From contig CACKSF010000003.1 in the NCBI GenBank assembly GCA_902602795.1, positions 1 through 61,947 of the forward strand: a stretch of 61,947 nucleotides of DNA. Reading direction: 5' to 3'. A program made the position numbers and the translations under genes. The notes beneath the pieces are model-generated. The model saw only the letters and a program-made list of their open reading frames with translations. It did no database searches and was not told the origin of the DNA. Every line of letters starts with the position of its first letter. Position 1 is the stretch's first letter. The stretch is from an uncultured Fidelibacterota bacterium. GTDB taxonomy: Bacteria; Fidelibacterota; Marinisomatia; Marinisomatales; UBA1611. Positions 39,545 to 49,399 of the stretch are shown piece by piece.

Positions 39545-39981
39545 AAATACATTTAGCTACAGACCATGCAGGTCTAAATTTAAAAAATTCAATAAAAAAT
39601 CATCTTTTACATAAAGAATATTACGTGGAGGATCATGGGGCTTATGAATATAATGCTGAAGATGATTATCCAGATTTTATTTTTCCATGCGCAAAAGCTG
39701 TTGCTAATGATAAGGAAAGTAAAGGAATCATTCTTGGGGGATCAGGTCAAGGCGAAGCAATGGCAGCAAATAGAATAAAAGGATGTCGAGCAGCAGTATT
39801 TTATAATGGTCCTAAAGAAATAGTAACCCTGTCAAGAGAGCATAATAATGCGAATATATTATCGTTAGGAGCTAGGTTTATGGATGAAAACGATATCTTT
39901 GGGGTAATTGAGTTATGGCTTAAAGAGTCGTTTAAAGGGGGTAGGCATCAAAGGCGCATTGATAAATTAGATATTTTATAA
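39541..39981 (+). CDS. rpiB: Ribose-5-phosphate isomerase B
   Basis: ATDHAG, DDYPD, GGSGQGE (Glu-type), SREHNNAN, GGRHQRR. Confidence 0.93.
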   Translation: MKIHLATDHAGLNLKNSIKNHLLHKEYYVEDHGAYEYNAEDDYPDFIFPCAKAVANDKESKGIILGGSGQGEAMAANRIKGCRAAVFYNGPKEIVTLSREHNNANILSLGARFMDENDIFGVIELWLKESFKGGRHQRRIDKLDIL

Positions 39982-39983
39982 AC

Positions 39984-40520
39984 TTAACACATCTTCCCAC
40001 CTATACTGAAATAACCAAGTTTTTTCCTTTCAACTGTTCCTTTCTTTAAATCATATATATCACATGCTTCATATGGCTTTGCATAAATATGAAGGCTAGT
40101 AGAGAAATTTTCTGATATATTTTTTACAGAATGGATATCGGCTGGCCCATCCAAGTATCCTGCATCACAGGATAATTCATTTATCATATTTAGCTCTAAC
40201 GGGGAATTTGATAATTTTTTATAATTACCTATATAAAGATTGCCACTCTCAACTCTTGCCCAGCATTTTTCTCCCTCATGACCATGGATTGGAGCGTTAG
40301 TTTTTGGTGGCCAACATATCACAAGTATCTCAAAACTTTTTTCCCGGTAAATTAAATTTCTGGTATAAAATTCGTTCTTATAAAAAGCATATTTATTCAA
40401 GCTATTATGATTAAGTGAAAGATCTTGAAGGTATTTTGAAACTTTATTAACTGGAAAGTCTTCTTCTGCCAATCTCTGTAGACTTGATATTAGATTCTGA
40501 ATCATAATTTCTTTAACCAA
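39984..40520 (-). CDS. Cysteine dioxygenase family protein (eukaryote-like residues)
   Basis: YTRNLI, CWPP...IHGHEGEKCW, IHSV, SLHIYAKP; start may be ATG 40505. Confidence 0.85.
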   Translation of the reverse strand: MVKEIMIQNLISSLQRLAEEDFPVNKVSKYLQDLSLNHNSLNKYAFYKNEFYTRNLIYREKSFEILVICWPPKTNAPIHGHEGEKCWARVESGNLYIGNYKKLSNSPLELNMINELSCDAGYLDGPADIHSVKNISENFSTSLHIYAKPYEACDIYDLKKGTVERKKLGYFSIGGKMC

Positions 40521-40678
40521 TATAAATATGATATGATATATTTAATTTACCATCGCACAAAAGATCGTAGCTTCTAAGATTCATAATATTAATTTAACTA
40601 ACCTTATTTTTTTTAACTATCTAATTAATTATTGCAATAGAATTTAAATTTATTAAAAAAACAAGTTCAAAATTTTTC

Positions 40679-41764
40679 ATGAAAAATAGATTCTTCAATT
40701 TTTCTATTGGCATTTTAATATCTGTTATAGTAGCTCTTAGCAGCCAATTTTTGAGTAAGCTTTTAGGCATACAAGTTTTGCAATTAGAAAAAAGCCCAAT
40801 ATCGCCCATTTTTTTAGCCCTCATTGTCGGTGTTCTAATTGCAAATACAACTAGGTTAGCTGACATATGTGATTTGGGAATTACATTTTGTATTAAATAT
40901 ATTTTAAAAATTGGTATCATATTGATGGGAATAAGGCTAGGGATGAATGAAATGATATCCTTTGGCTTCAAAGGTTTTCTAGTTGTCACTCCGTGCATCA
41001 TTTTAACGTTGCTAATGGTAGACAAAAGTCGTTCTTATTTTGGATTATCTTCAAATTTAGCTACTTTGATTGCTGTTGGAACTAGCATATGTGGTGCGAC
41101 AGCAATAATTGCTACCGCTCCTGCTATTAAGGCAAAAAAAGAAGAAATAGCATATGCTATTGCAAATATTTCTATTTTTGGGATTTTTGCAATGGTATTT
41201 TATCCGCTTGTCGCTCATTATTTTTTCCCAAAAAACCCTTTATCTGCAGGTTTGTTTTTAGGGTCTTCAATACATGAAACTGGTCAAGTAGCTGGAGCAG
41301 GTATGATTTACGCAGATCAATATTTATCTCCAAAAGTGCTTGATGTTTCAACAGTCACTAAATTAGTTAGGAACACTGCTATGCTTGTGGTTATACCATA
41401 CCTTTCACTCAAGCATACAAGCTATAAAGAAACAGGTATTTCGATTGGAAAAAAACTTTACCAAATCTTTCCTTTTTTTATACTTGGATTCTTATTTTTT
41501 GGACTTGTAAGAACATTCGGCGATTATAGTCTAGAACAAAGCTCAAAAGCTTTCGGTTTATTTAACATTGAGTTATGGAATTGGTTAATCCTTGAAATTA
41601 ATTTTTTATCAAAATTATTATTAACAATTGCAATGTCTGCAATTGGGATTTCTACAGACCTAAAAAAACTAAAGTTAATTGGAGTGAAAGTTTTTTATTA
41701 TGGATTCGCAATTGCATTATTTGTTGGAGTAATAAGTCTCCTTACAACTTCATTATTTTTTTGA
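40679..41764 (+). CDS. YeiH family putative sulfate/sulfonate exporter
   Basis: LIAVGTSICGATAIIA, GSSIHETGQV, TKLVRN. Confidence 0.92.
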   Translation: MKNRFFNFSIGILISVIVALSSQFLSKLLGIQVLQLEKSPISPIFLALIVGVLIANTTRLADICDLGITFCIKYILKIGIILMGIRLGMNEMISFGFKGFLVVTPCIILTLLMVDKSRSYFGLSSNLATLIAVGTSICGATAIIATAPAIKAKKEEIAYAIANISIFGIFAMVFYPLVAHYFFPKNPLSAGLFLGSSIHETGQVAGAGMIYADQYLSPKVLDVSTVTKLVRNTAMLVVIPYLSLKHTSYKETGISIGKKLYQIFPFFILGFLFFGLVRTFGDYSLEQSSKAFGLFNIELWNWLILEINFLSKLLLTIAMSAIGISTDLKKLKLIGVKVFYYGFAIALFVGVISLLTTSLFF

Positions 41765-41817
41765 TTATGAAATAATAATTAGAATTTTCTTTAAGAAGTT
41801 TTACAGAATATTATTAA

Positions 41818-42690
41818 TTATTGCTTAGGATAAAAAAGGTTCTTTCCTTCAAATAGTTTTGTTCCATTTACATAGCTATAATATTTTCGACATTCGCATG
41901 AAAGATATTCAATGTCAATTGGGTGAAAATTTCTTTTTGCTTCCGGCCAGTATTTTTTTTGAAGCTTAATCATATGAGCAAAGACTTTTTCATCGCTGTC
42001 TTTCTTTAGATAACGTTTAAGTATTTCAATGTAAGCTATAGCTCCAATCCCAACGGGGACAAAACTATCTGGCTTAATGATGTCAGGCCTAAACCAAGCA
42101 ATATCCATTACTGCCATAAAAATTGGAAAATCATTTTTCATTTTAAAAATTTGATTTATTTGATTTGTTGCTTCAATTACAGATCCATTTGAGTTGAGGA
42201 TTATGCTTGATAACATCTCTTTGCTTGATTTTAGTACATGAGTAGCAGTCTCGAGTCTAGAGTATTCCGTATCATTTAATTGAATTGGCTCTACAGGGTA
42301 TGCAGTTGTATTACACCAAAAATTAATATCGATTAGAGCACTAGATAATTTATCAGGATCTAAAAGCAACAGTGGATCTAAGATATCTAATGTCTCTTGT
42401 TTGTTACACCATCTAGAAAAAAAGATTGCTTGAATTAATGATGGAAAATCAGAATCAATTTTATTAATAAATTGTATTATAGATTTACTACCTCTATCAT
42501 CTTCGCGAAAAACATTAAGAAAACGTCCTTTTTGAAAAATGGGATCGTTGCTCCAAGGAGCAGGTAAACCCGATTCTCTTTTAAGGCGGATGTCCTCCCT
42601 TTTTTTACAAAATTGAAAAAATGCACGAACAGGATTTTCTAAAACCAATCCGTCTAATGCAGATTTATAAGGATTAAAAGTTTGGTGCAT
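41818..42690 (-). CDS. aGPT-Pplase1 / amino acid:DNA transferase-like protein (HhH glycosylase-related fold)
   Basis: REDIRLKRESGLPAPWSNDPIFQKGRFLNVFREDDRGS resembles the family's N-terminal signature; also RWCNKQET, VPVGIGA and C-terminal DIEYLSCECRKY. Confidence 0.75.
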   Translation of the reverse strand: MHQTFNPYKSALDGLVLENPVRAFFQFCKKREDIRLKRESGLPAPWSNDPIFQKGRFLNVFREDDRGSKSIIQFINKIDSDFPSLIQAIFFSRWCNKQETLDILDPLLLLDPDKLSSALIDINFWCNTTAYPVEPIQLNDTEYSRLETATHVLKSSKEMLSSIILNSNGSVIEATNQINQIFKMKNDFPIFMAVMDIAWFRPDIIKPDSFVPVGIGAIAYIEILKRYLKKDSDEKVFAHMIKLQKKYWPEAKRNFHPIDIEYLSCECRKYYSYVNGTKLFEGKNLFYPKQ

Positions 42691-42804
42691 TATAAAATTA
42701 AAAACAGGTAGTGCTTTTCATTATAACATCTAATAATAAAAAAATTACGCACAAGTGTTAATTTAAACATACTGATTAATTATTTTTTTAAGTAAAAGAA
42801 AGGT

Positions 42805-44424
42805 TTGATTTTGGTTAAACACTTTTTAACTATTTTGGTTTTAGTTCTTGTTTTAGGATGTATTAGAGAAAATAAAGATACTCAACCTAGACCAAATATT
42901 TTATTTATTATGTCCGACGATCATGCATATCAAGCAATCAGCGCCTACGATCAAAAATTAATTAACACACCGAATATTGATAAAATAGCAGAGGGTGGTG
43001 CTATTTTTGATAATGCATGTGTTACCAATTCTATATGTGCTCCCTCAAGGGCTACAATCCTTACAGGTAAGCATAGCCATATTAATGGCAAGATTGATAA
43101 TAGTTCTCCATTTGATACCGCTCAGATTACATTTCCTCAGCTTTTTAAAAAAGCTGGGTATCAAACTGCGATGTACGGGAAGTTACACTTTGGTAATAAT
43201 CCTAAAGGTGTAGATGATTTTATGATATTACCTGGACAAGGTCATTATGTTAATCCTGATTTTATAACTCCCAGAGGTGATACTACGATAACGGGATATG
43301 TTACAGATATCATTACAGATCTAACACTTGAATGGTTGAAAAAGAAAAGAGATAAAGAGAAACCATTTTTGATGATGTATCTTCATAAAGCTCCCCATAG
43401 GCCATGGTGGCCAAGTCCTGAAAAGTTTCGTGAATTTTCAAAAAAAAAATTTCCTTTACCCGAAACCCTATTTGATGATTACAAAGATAGAGGCTTAGCG
43501 GCTAAATCGGCTGAAATGAATTTATTACTTGATTTAAGATATGGTCATGATTCAAAAATAAGGCCGGAAATATTGGAATCGATGATTCCTATCGATCCAT
43601 ACGTTGAGCCTTATAATTGGGGCGGTAGTGATGGGTTTTCTACTTCTTATGTAAGGTTTAATAAAGAACAAAAGGCCCTTTATGACCCTGTAATAGATTC
43701 AATTAATGTATGGTTTAAGGACAACTGGTCTTCTTTATCAATGCAAGAGAAAATGGAATGGAAATACCAGCGTTATATGCAAGATTATTTAGGTACTATC
43801 TCATCAGTAGATGATAATCTGGGGAGGGTATTAGATTATCTTGAAAAATCAGGCTTAGATAAAAACACAATAGTCGTATATACCTCAGATCAAGGGTTTT
43901 TTTTGGGAGAACATGGGTGGTTTGATAAAAGATTCATTTATGATGAGTCTTTTAAAACACCTTTGCTTGTAAAATGGCCGGAAAAAATAGCCCCAGGTAT
44001 AAGGATATCCAAAATGGTTCAAAATCTTGATTTTGCCCAAACTTTTCTAGATGCAGCAGATATAAATCAGCCTGCTGATATGCAAGGAAAAAGTTTAATG
44101 CCATTGCTCCTTGGACAAGGAAAAAATTGGAATAGAGAAGCGGTATATTATCATTATTATGAATATCCATCGGTGCATATGGTGAAACGTCATTATGGTA
44201 TTGTAACTGAAGATTACAAGCTTGCTCACTTCTACTATGATATCGATGAATGGGAATTGTTTGATCGTCTGGCTGATCCAATGGAAATGAAAAATGTATA
44301 TTACGATTCATCCTATAACGAAATTGTAATAAAACTTAAGACTCAACTCGGAGAACTTAGAGAAATGTATAAAGACTCAAGAGAATTGGATTTATATTAT
44401 ATAAATAAGAATTTAAATAATTAA
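42805..44424 (+). CDS. Formylglycine-dependent sulfatase (S1), lipoprotein
   Basis: RPNILFIMSDDH, CAPSRATILTG (CxPxR), GKLHF, YTSDQG, GEHGWFDKRF. Confidence 0.95.
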   Translation: MILVKHFLTILVLVLVLGCIRENKDTQPRPNILFIMSDDHAYQAISAYDQKLINTPNIDKIAEGGAIFDNACVTNSICAPSRATILTGKHSHINGKIDNSSPFDTAQITFPQLFKKAGYQTAMYGKLHFGNNPKGVDDFMILPGQGHYVNPDFITPRGDTTITGYVTDIITDLTLEWLKKKRDKEKPFLMMYLHKAPHRPWWPSPEKFREFSKKKFPLPETLFDDYKDRGLAAKSAEMNLLLDLRYGHDSKIRPEILESMIPIDPYVEPYNWGGSDGFSTSYVRFNKEQKALYDPVIDSINVWFKDNWSSLSMQEKMEWKYQRYMQDYLGTISSVDDNLGRVLDYLEKSGLDKNTIVVYTSDQGFFLGEHGWFDKRFIYDESFKTPLLVKWPEKIAPGIRISKMVQNLDFAQTFLDAADINQPADMQGKSLMPLLLGQGKNWNREAVYYHYYEYPSVHMVKRHYGIVTEDYKLAHFYYDIDEWELFDRLADPMEMKNVYYDSSYNEIVIKLKTQLGELREMYKDSRELDLYYINKNLNN

Positions 44425-44522
44425 TTTGCCAATTGGAAAAGGTTGAAAACGCTCATTAAAAGTATTTTGATTTAAGTACAATATTTTTCTCAAATTACAC
44501 CTATGCAGATTAGCTATGTCTT

Positions 44523-45095
44523 TTGAAAAACAATATTTACATATGGCTTTTTTTTATTTTAATCTTGGCCTCCTGCAGTACAGAGGATAAGATTAAAACA
44601 TATCGACTGCCTAAAAAATCGATTGAAACTTCAATCCTGGTTGAAAAGGAAAAAGTACCATCTGAAATTAGCAGTGAGACTAAAAAATTTACTTTACAAT
44701 GGAAAGTACCTAGTAGTTGGGAACAATTTGACGGTCATTCTATGAGGATGGCAAGTTTTTATGTTCCTCACTCAACTGGGAAAGGAGAATTATCTATTAC
44801 TGAATTTTCGGGAATGAGTGGAGGTATTCAAGCTAATATTAACAGATGGAGAGGACAAATATCTCTCCCGCCTGAATCCGAACAGAGTATTTTAACATCC
44901 TCAAATTCATATAATAGTGAATTGGGTAATTTTTTATTTTTTGAACTAGCAAATGAAACATCTAATCAAGGTATATTGGCATCGATTTATGAATTGTCAA
45001 ACAGAACAATATTTGTAAAGTTATCTATTGAACAGTCTGCATTAATCGAGATCAAAAAGGATTTCATAGCTTTTTCTAAATCTATCTCATTATGA
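44523..45095 (+). CDS. Hypothetical lipoprotein heading the ccs operon
   Basis: Lipobox LASC; WKVPSSW, MRMASF, ANINRWRGQ; overlaps the start of the next gene. Confidence 0.75.
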   Translation: MKNNIYIWLFFILILASCSTEDKIKTYRLPKKSIETSILVEKEKVPSEISSETKKFTLQWKVPSSWEQFDGHSMRMASFYVPHSTGKGELSITEFSGMSGGIQANINRWRGQISLPPESEQSILTSSNSYNSELGNFLFFELANETSNQGILASIYELSNRTIFVKLSIEQSALIEIKKDFIAFSKSISL

Positions 45096-46219
45096 ACATT
45101 AATTTTTTAGATAAGTTTTTAAAAATTATAATGAGCCCAAAAGTTTTTTCGTATACTTTGATATGGCTTATAGTACTTGTTTTTTTTGGTACAATTGCAC
45201 AAAAAGACATTGGCTTATACGCCTCGCAGATGAAATATTTCTCATCTTTTTATTTCTTATTTCTAGGTTTTATTCCTTTGCCTGGAGGCAGACTAGTTTT
45301 GTTGCTGATGACAATTAATTTATTTTCTAGTATGTTCAAACGGAACTTGTGGCAGCTTAAGAAAATTGGTATCGTAATTGTTCATTTAGGCGGATTGTTA
45401 CTTTTGGTTGGTGGAGGACTTACTGCATATTTTAGTTCTGAGGGTAATATGGTAATAGCTGAAGGTGAAGCTACTAATTATGTAGATGATTATCACAATA
45501 TGGAGTTAGCATTTGTGAATAATTCTCTCAAAGACAGTATAGAGTATACCGTAGTTGATGAATCTCTCCTATATGAGGGCAGTCGTTTTCAAATTTTTGA
45601 TGAAGGACCAGAAATTTATGTTATAAGTAACATTAAAAATGTTCGTATTGAAAATCGCATCTCACCAGCAGATTCAATATACAAGGGTCTTTTAGAAAAA
45701 TTTGTTTTGTTGCCCAAAAGACCCGAAGCAGAGAATACTCAAAACAGACCTGCATTGATATATAAAATTGAAGGAACAAGTAATAGATCTGATGGAATTT
45801 ACGGTCTTTTTCTTGGTCAAGGTTTGAATGATCCATTTAAAATAAAAGATCAAATTTTCCATTCAGAATATCGCAGAGAAAGAACATATGTACCTTTTGA
45901 TATTCAATTAATAGACTTTGAAAAAGTAATGCATCCAGGAACCAATGTTGCCAAAAGTTTCAGTTCGGATGTTAACTTAATTGAAAATGATATTCCTAGG
46001 CGGACATTAATTAAGATGAATGAGCCGCTTCGTCACAAGGGATATACTTTTTTCCAAGCCTCTTTTATTGATGATTCAGAAATAGAGACCACTGTTCTTG
46101 CAACTGTAAAAAATTACGGAAGACTATTTCCTTATATTTCAAGTATTATAATGAGCATTGGTCTTCTTATTCACCTACTTTTGATGATGCCAAAAATGGT
46201 TAAGGGAAAGCCAAAATGA
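45092..46219 (+). CDS. Cytochrome c biogenesis protein ResB/CcsB-like
   Basis: GTIAQ, IVHLGGLLL, SFSSDV, IKMNEPLRHKGYTFFQASF. Confidence 0.85.
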   Translation: MNINFLDKFLKIIMSPKVFSYTLIWLIVLVFFGTIAQKDIGLYASQMKYFSSFYFLFLGFIPLPGGRLVLLLMTINLFSSMFKRNLWQLKKIGIVIVHLGGLLLLVGGGLTAYFSSEGNMVIAEGEATNYVDDYHNMELAFVNNSLKDSIEYTVVDESLLYEGSRFQIFDEGPEIYVISNIKNVRIENRISPADSIYKGLLEKFVLLPKRPEAENTQNRPALIYKIEGTSNRSDGIYGLFLGQGLNDPFKIKDQIFHSEYRRERTYVPFDIQLIDFEKVMHPGTNVAKSFSSDVNLIENDIPRRTLIKMNEPLRHKGYTFFQASFIDDSEIETTVLATVKNYGRLFPYISSIIMSIGLLIHLLLMMPKMVKGKPK

Positions 46220-47862
46220 ACTCTATAAAAATAAACATATCATTTTTTTATTTTTTCTTTTTTCTTGCAAATTTTTTAATTGTTCCATTAAGCGCATTTG
46301 AAGTTCAAAATATACCCGTTCAAAGTGAAGGAAGGATTAAACCTTTAGACACATTCGCAAGAAATATGTTGCTTACGTTTTACGGAAAAAGAGAGATAAA
46401 AGATCAAAATATTAAAGCAACAGATTGGTTACTAGATTTAATTCTAGATCCAGAGAGGGGTCGCGATTTAAAAGTTTTTAATATTAGAAACCCTGAGGTG
46501 GTTTCAAGTCTGTTCCTTGAATGGTCTACCCAACATAAATACAGTTTCAATGAAATAATTAACGGGATTAAAAACCAAGTAGAGTTGATAAAAACCATTG
46601 ATCAGAAAGAAAGTCAAGATAGAACTCCTTTTGAGAAACAATTACTAGAACTTAGTCAAAGTGCTATTATGTTTGAAGAACTATCATACATGAAAAATAT
46701 TAAATTGATACCACCTGCATTATTAGATGAAAATGCGGTATGGCAATCTCCATTTGATTTTATCATAAGTGGTGTAACGCCCGCCTATCATCAAGAAGAA
46801 ATTTTAAATTCCCTTCAAAAATATTTAGCAGCTCGCTTTCAGAAAAATGATCTAGAAATGAACGATGCACTATTTAATTATGAAAAAATAGTTTCTGATT
46901 TATCTTTAAGTCCTGTTGATGTGAAGAAGTTAAAAGGTGAAACTTGGATGAACGATGTTAATCTATTTGTTAAAAGTTTAGCCTTTTACATTTTATCTTT
47001 CTTACTTATTGGAATAAGTTGGATGGCAAAACCAAGTTTTTTTCGTAACATTTCTTTTATGTCTCTAATTATCGGCTTTTTGATACATGGTTATGGAATA
47101 GTCATGCGCATGTACATAATGGGCCGACCACCTGTTTCTACCTTGTATGAATCGGTTATTTTCGTTTCATTTATCCTTTTACTTTTGGCAGTTGCATTAG
47201 AATATTTTCGCAAAGATGGGTTAGGTATTTTTGTAGGATCTATTGGTGGAAGTATTCTGCATTTCATAGGATTTAGTTATGCAGCTGATGGAGATACACT
47301 TGGGATGTTAGTAGCAGTTTTAGATTCTAATTTCTGGCTGGCTACTCATGTAACAACAATAACAATAGGGTACGGAGCTTCTTTAGTTGCAGGCTTTATA
47401 GGTCATCTTTACCTTATCCAAAATATCTTAGATTCATCTAACTCTAAAAAACTAAAAAGTATATTTAATAATTTGTTCGGCATGACATTGTTTGCTTTGT
47501 TTTTTACCTTATTTGGCACTATTCTTGGAGGTATTTGGGCGGATCAATCCTGGGGTAGATTTTGGGGCTGGGATCCAAAAGAAAATGGTGCATTATTAAT
47601 TGTACTATGGCAGCTTCTTATGATTCATTCAAGGCTAGCCGGAATAGCAAAACCCCCTCTATTTGCATTAGGAATGGGTTTGAATAACATAATAGTTGCT
47701 TTAGCTTGGTTCGGAGTGAACTTGCTTCAAGTTGGTTTACATAGCTATGGTTTTGATGATGGAGTTGCAAAGAATTTATACTTATTTATACTGCTAGAAA
47801 TATTGATTTGCTGTGGATTATACTATTATCCAAAATTTAAGTTTAAGTTTCAAAGTGTCTAA
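46216..47862 (+). CDS. ccsA: Cytochrome c biogenesis protein CcsA/ResC (system II)
   Basis: GRIKPLDT, RPPVSTLYES, WLATHV, WWD domain WADQSWGRFWGWDPKEN, GLHSYG. Confidence 0.95.
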   Translation: MNSIKINISFFYFFFFLANFLIVPLSAFEVQNIPVQSEGRIKPLDTFARNMLLTFYGKREIKDQNIKATDWLLDLILDPERGRDLKVFNIRNPEVVSSLFLEWSTQHKYSFNEIINGIKNQVELIKTIDQKESQDRTPFEKQLLELSQSAIMFEELSYMKNIKLIPPALLDENAVWQSPFDFIISGVTPAYHQEEILNSLQKYLAARFQKNDLEMNDALFNYEKIVSDLSLSPVDVKKLKGETWMNDVNLFVKSLAFYILSFLLIGISWMAKPSFFRNISFMSLIIGFLIHGYGIVMRMYIMGRPPVSTLYESVIFVSFILLLLAVALEYFRKDGLGIFVGSIGGSILHFIGFSYAADGDTLGMLVAVLDSNFWLATHVTTITIGYGASLVAGFIGHLYLIQNILDSSNSKKLKSIFNNLFGMTLFALFFTLFGTILGGIWADQSWGRFWGWDPKENGALLIVLWQLLMIHSRLAGIAKPPLFALGMGLNNIIVALAWFGVNLLQVGLHSYGFDDGVAKNLYLFILLEILICCGLYYYPKFKFKFQSV

Positions 47863-48005
47863 ATTTTAAAAATAACAAAAACTGTAGATTTCTTGCTTAA
47901 AAAGTAAAAAGAATTATTTTTACCATTTTATTATTTCGAATGTTTTGGTTGATTAGGAAATACTTTGTCTCTTCAATTTTGTTATAAAAATAAATAACCT
48001 ATGGC

Positions 48006-48617
48006 GTGAAAATATCTGTAATTATACTGGCAGCTGGTGGTTCTAAAAGAATGGGTGAATTCAATAAGTTGCTTCTTTTAATTGATGGTAAGCCAATGAT
48101 ACACTTAGTCTGTAAAATGGTGTTAGGTGCAAGAGTTAATCAAATAATTTTAGTCACAGGATATCAGAACAACAAAATTGAAAAATCTATACCCAAGGGA
48201 ATTAATACAATTGTACATAATAGAAAATGGGAAAGCGGTATGATGAGCTCTATCTGTGCTGGAATGTCTAGACTTGATAAGGATGTTGAAGGGAGTATGA
48301 TTGTTCTTGGAGACATGCCCTTAATTAGTACGATAACAATTAATAGGATTATTGAAGAATTTAATAAACATAGTGGGAAGCATATAATATATCCTGAATA
48401 TAATAATAGACAAGCTAACCCTGTCATTTTCCCAAGAAAATATTTTCCAGAAATCATAAAGTCAAAGGGCGATAGTGGGTGCAAAAAAGTATTAAAAAAA
48501 TATCCTGGAGATGCCGTGGGTATTCCTATCAATACCGATGAAGTCATTATTGATTGCGATACTAGAGATGATTATCTTTTGGTAGAAAAGAAATTACTAA
48601 ACAATGTCCAGACATAA
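48006..48617 (+). CDS. mocA: Molybdenum cofactor cytidylyltransferase
   Basis: ILAAGGSKRMG..KLLL, LGDMP, NPVIF, GDSG; adjacent to xdhC. Confidence 0.85.
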   Translation: MKISVIILAAGGSKRMGEFNKLLLLIDGKPMIHLVCKMVLGARVNQIILVTGYQNNKIEKSIPKGINTIVHNRKWESGMMSSICAGMSRLDKDVEGSMIVLGDMPLISTITINRIIEEFNKHSGKHIIYPEYNNRQANPVIFPRKYFPEIIKSKGDSGCKKVLKKYPGDAVGIPINTDEVIIDCDTRDDYLLVEKKLLNNVQT

Positions 48618-49395
48618 AGAGTTGTTTCAAACCATAGCTAGGTTAGAGTCTAAAGAAATTCCTTATGCAATTGCTTCTGTTTTTCAAGTGCATGGTTCTT
48701 CTTCAGGTAAAGTAGGAGACAAAGCAATATTTGATGAAAAGGGTAAAAGAATTATTGGTTATGTTGGAGGTGGTTGCATTGAAAATCGTGTAGGTGCAAC
48801 TGCTAAAGAATCATTGATAGATGGTTTGCCCAAAAAAATTGAAATAGACTTAGATAGTGACGAAATAGAAATGGGTATACCATGTGGAGGATATATGTCA
48901 GTAATTGTTGAACCTCAAATGTTAAACAAAACCTTTTTGATTAGAGGGATGGGTGGACTTTCGGAAATTTTATGTGAAATGGCAAGTCTGTTAAAGTTTA
49001 AAGTTATTGTGCAAACATCAGAAGAAGAGAAAGAAAGATACCCTAGCGCAGCAAAAATAATTACTGATATGCTCGAATTAGAAGACATTGATTTTCATGT
49101 TGATTATTTCATTTTAGCTACTCATCATAGTAATGATGATAGAATTAGCCTTGAAGCTTTAAAGAAAGGCATTCCTTATGTAGGCGTCGTTGCAAGTGCA
49201 AAAAAAACTGGCATAATTTTAGAGTATCTTAAAAAAAATGGAGTAACAGAAAAAGAATTAGAGCACTTTTTTTCTCCTACTGGGTTAGAATTAAATGCCA
49301 AAACTCCTGAACAAATTGCATTAAGTATTCTATCCGAAATGGTCATGCTTGAAAATGGTGGATCCGGAAAACAAAAAAAATCTATTATCAAGTAA
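48604..49395 (+). CDS. xdhC: XdhC/CoxI family molybdoenzyme maturation factor
   Basis: GYVGGGCIE, GIPCGG, ATH, PTGLELNAKTPEQIALSI. Confidence 0.9.
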   Translation: MSRHKELFQTIARLESKEIPYAIASVFQVHGSSSGKVGDKAIFDEKGKRIIGYVGGGCIENRVGATAKESLIDGLPKKIEIDLDSDEIEMGIPCGGYMSVIVEPQMLNKTFLIRGMGGLSEILCEMASLLKFKVIVQTSEEEKERYPSAAKIITDMLELEDIDFHVDYFILATHHSNDDRISLEALKKGIPYVGVVASAKKTGIILEYLKKNGVTEKELEHFFSPTGLELNAKTPEQIALSILSEMVMLENGGSGKQKKSIIK

Positions 49396-49399
49396 TTAG

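Noticed and set aside
41818-42690. Prophage remnant around the aGPT-Pplase-like gene
   Set aside because: No phage, integrase or att-like features were seen in the flanks.
47934-47945. TTTCGAATGT as a second TetR operator upstream of mocA
   Set aside because: Only a half-site; expected by chance in AT-rich DNA.
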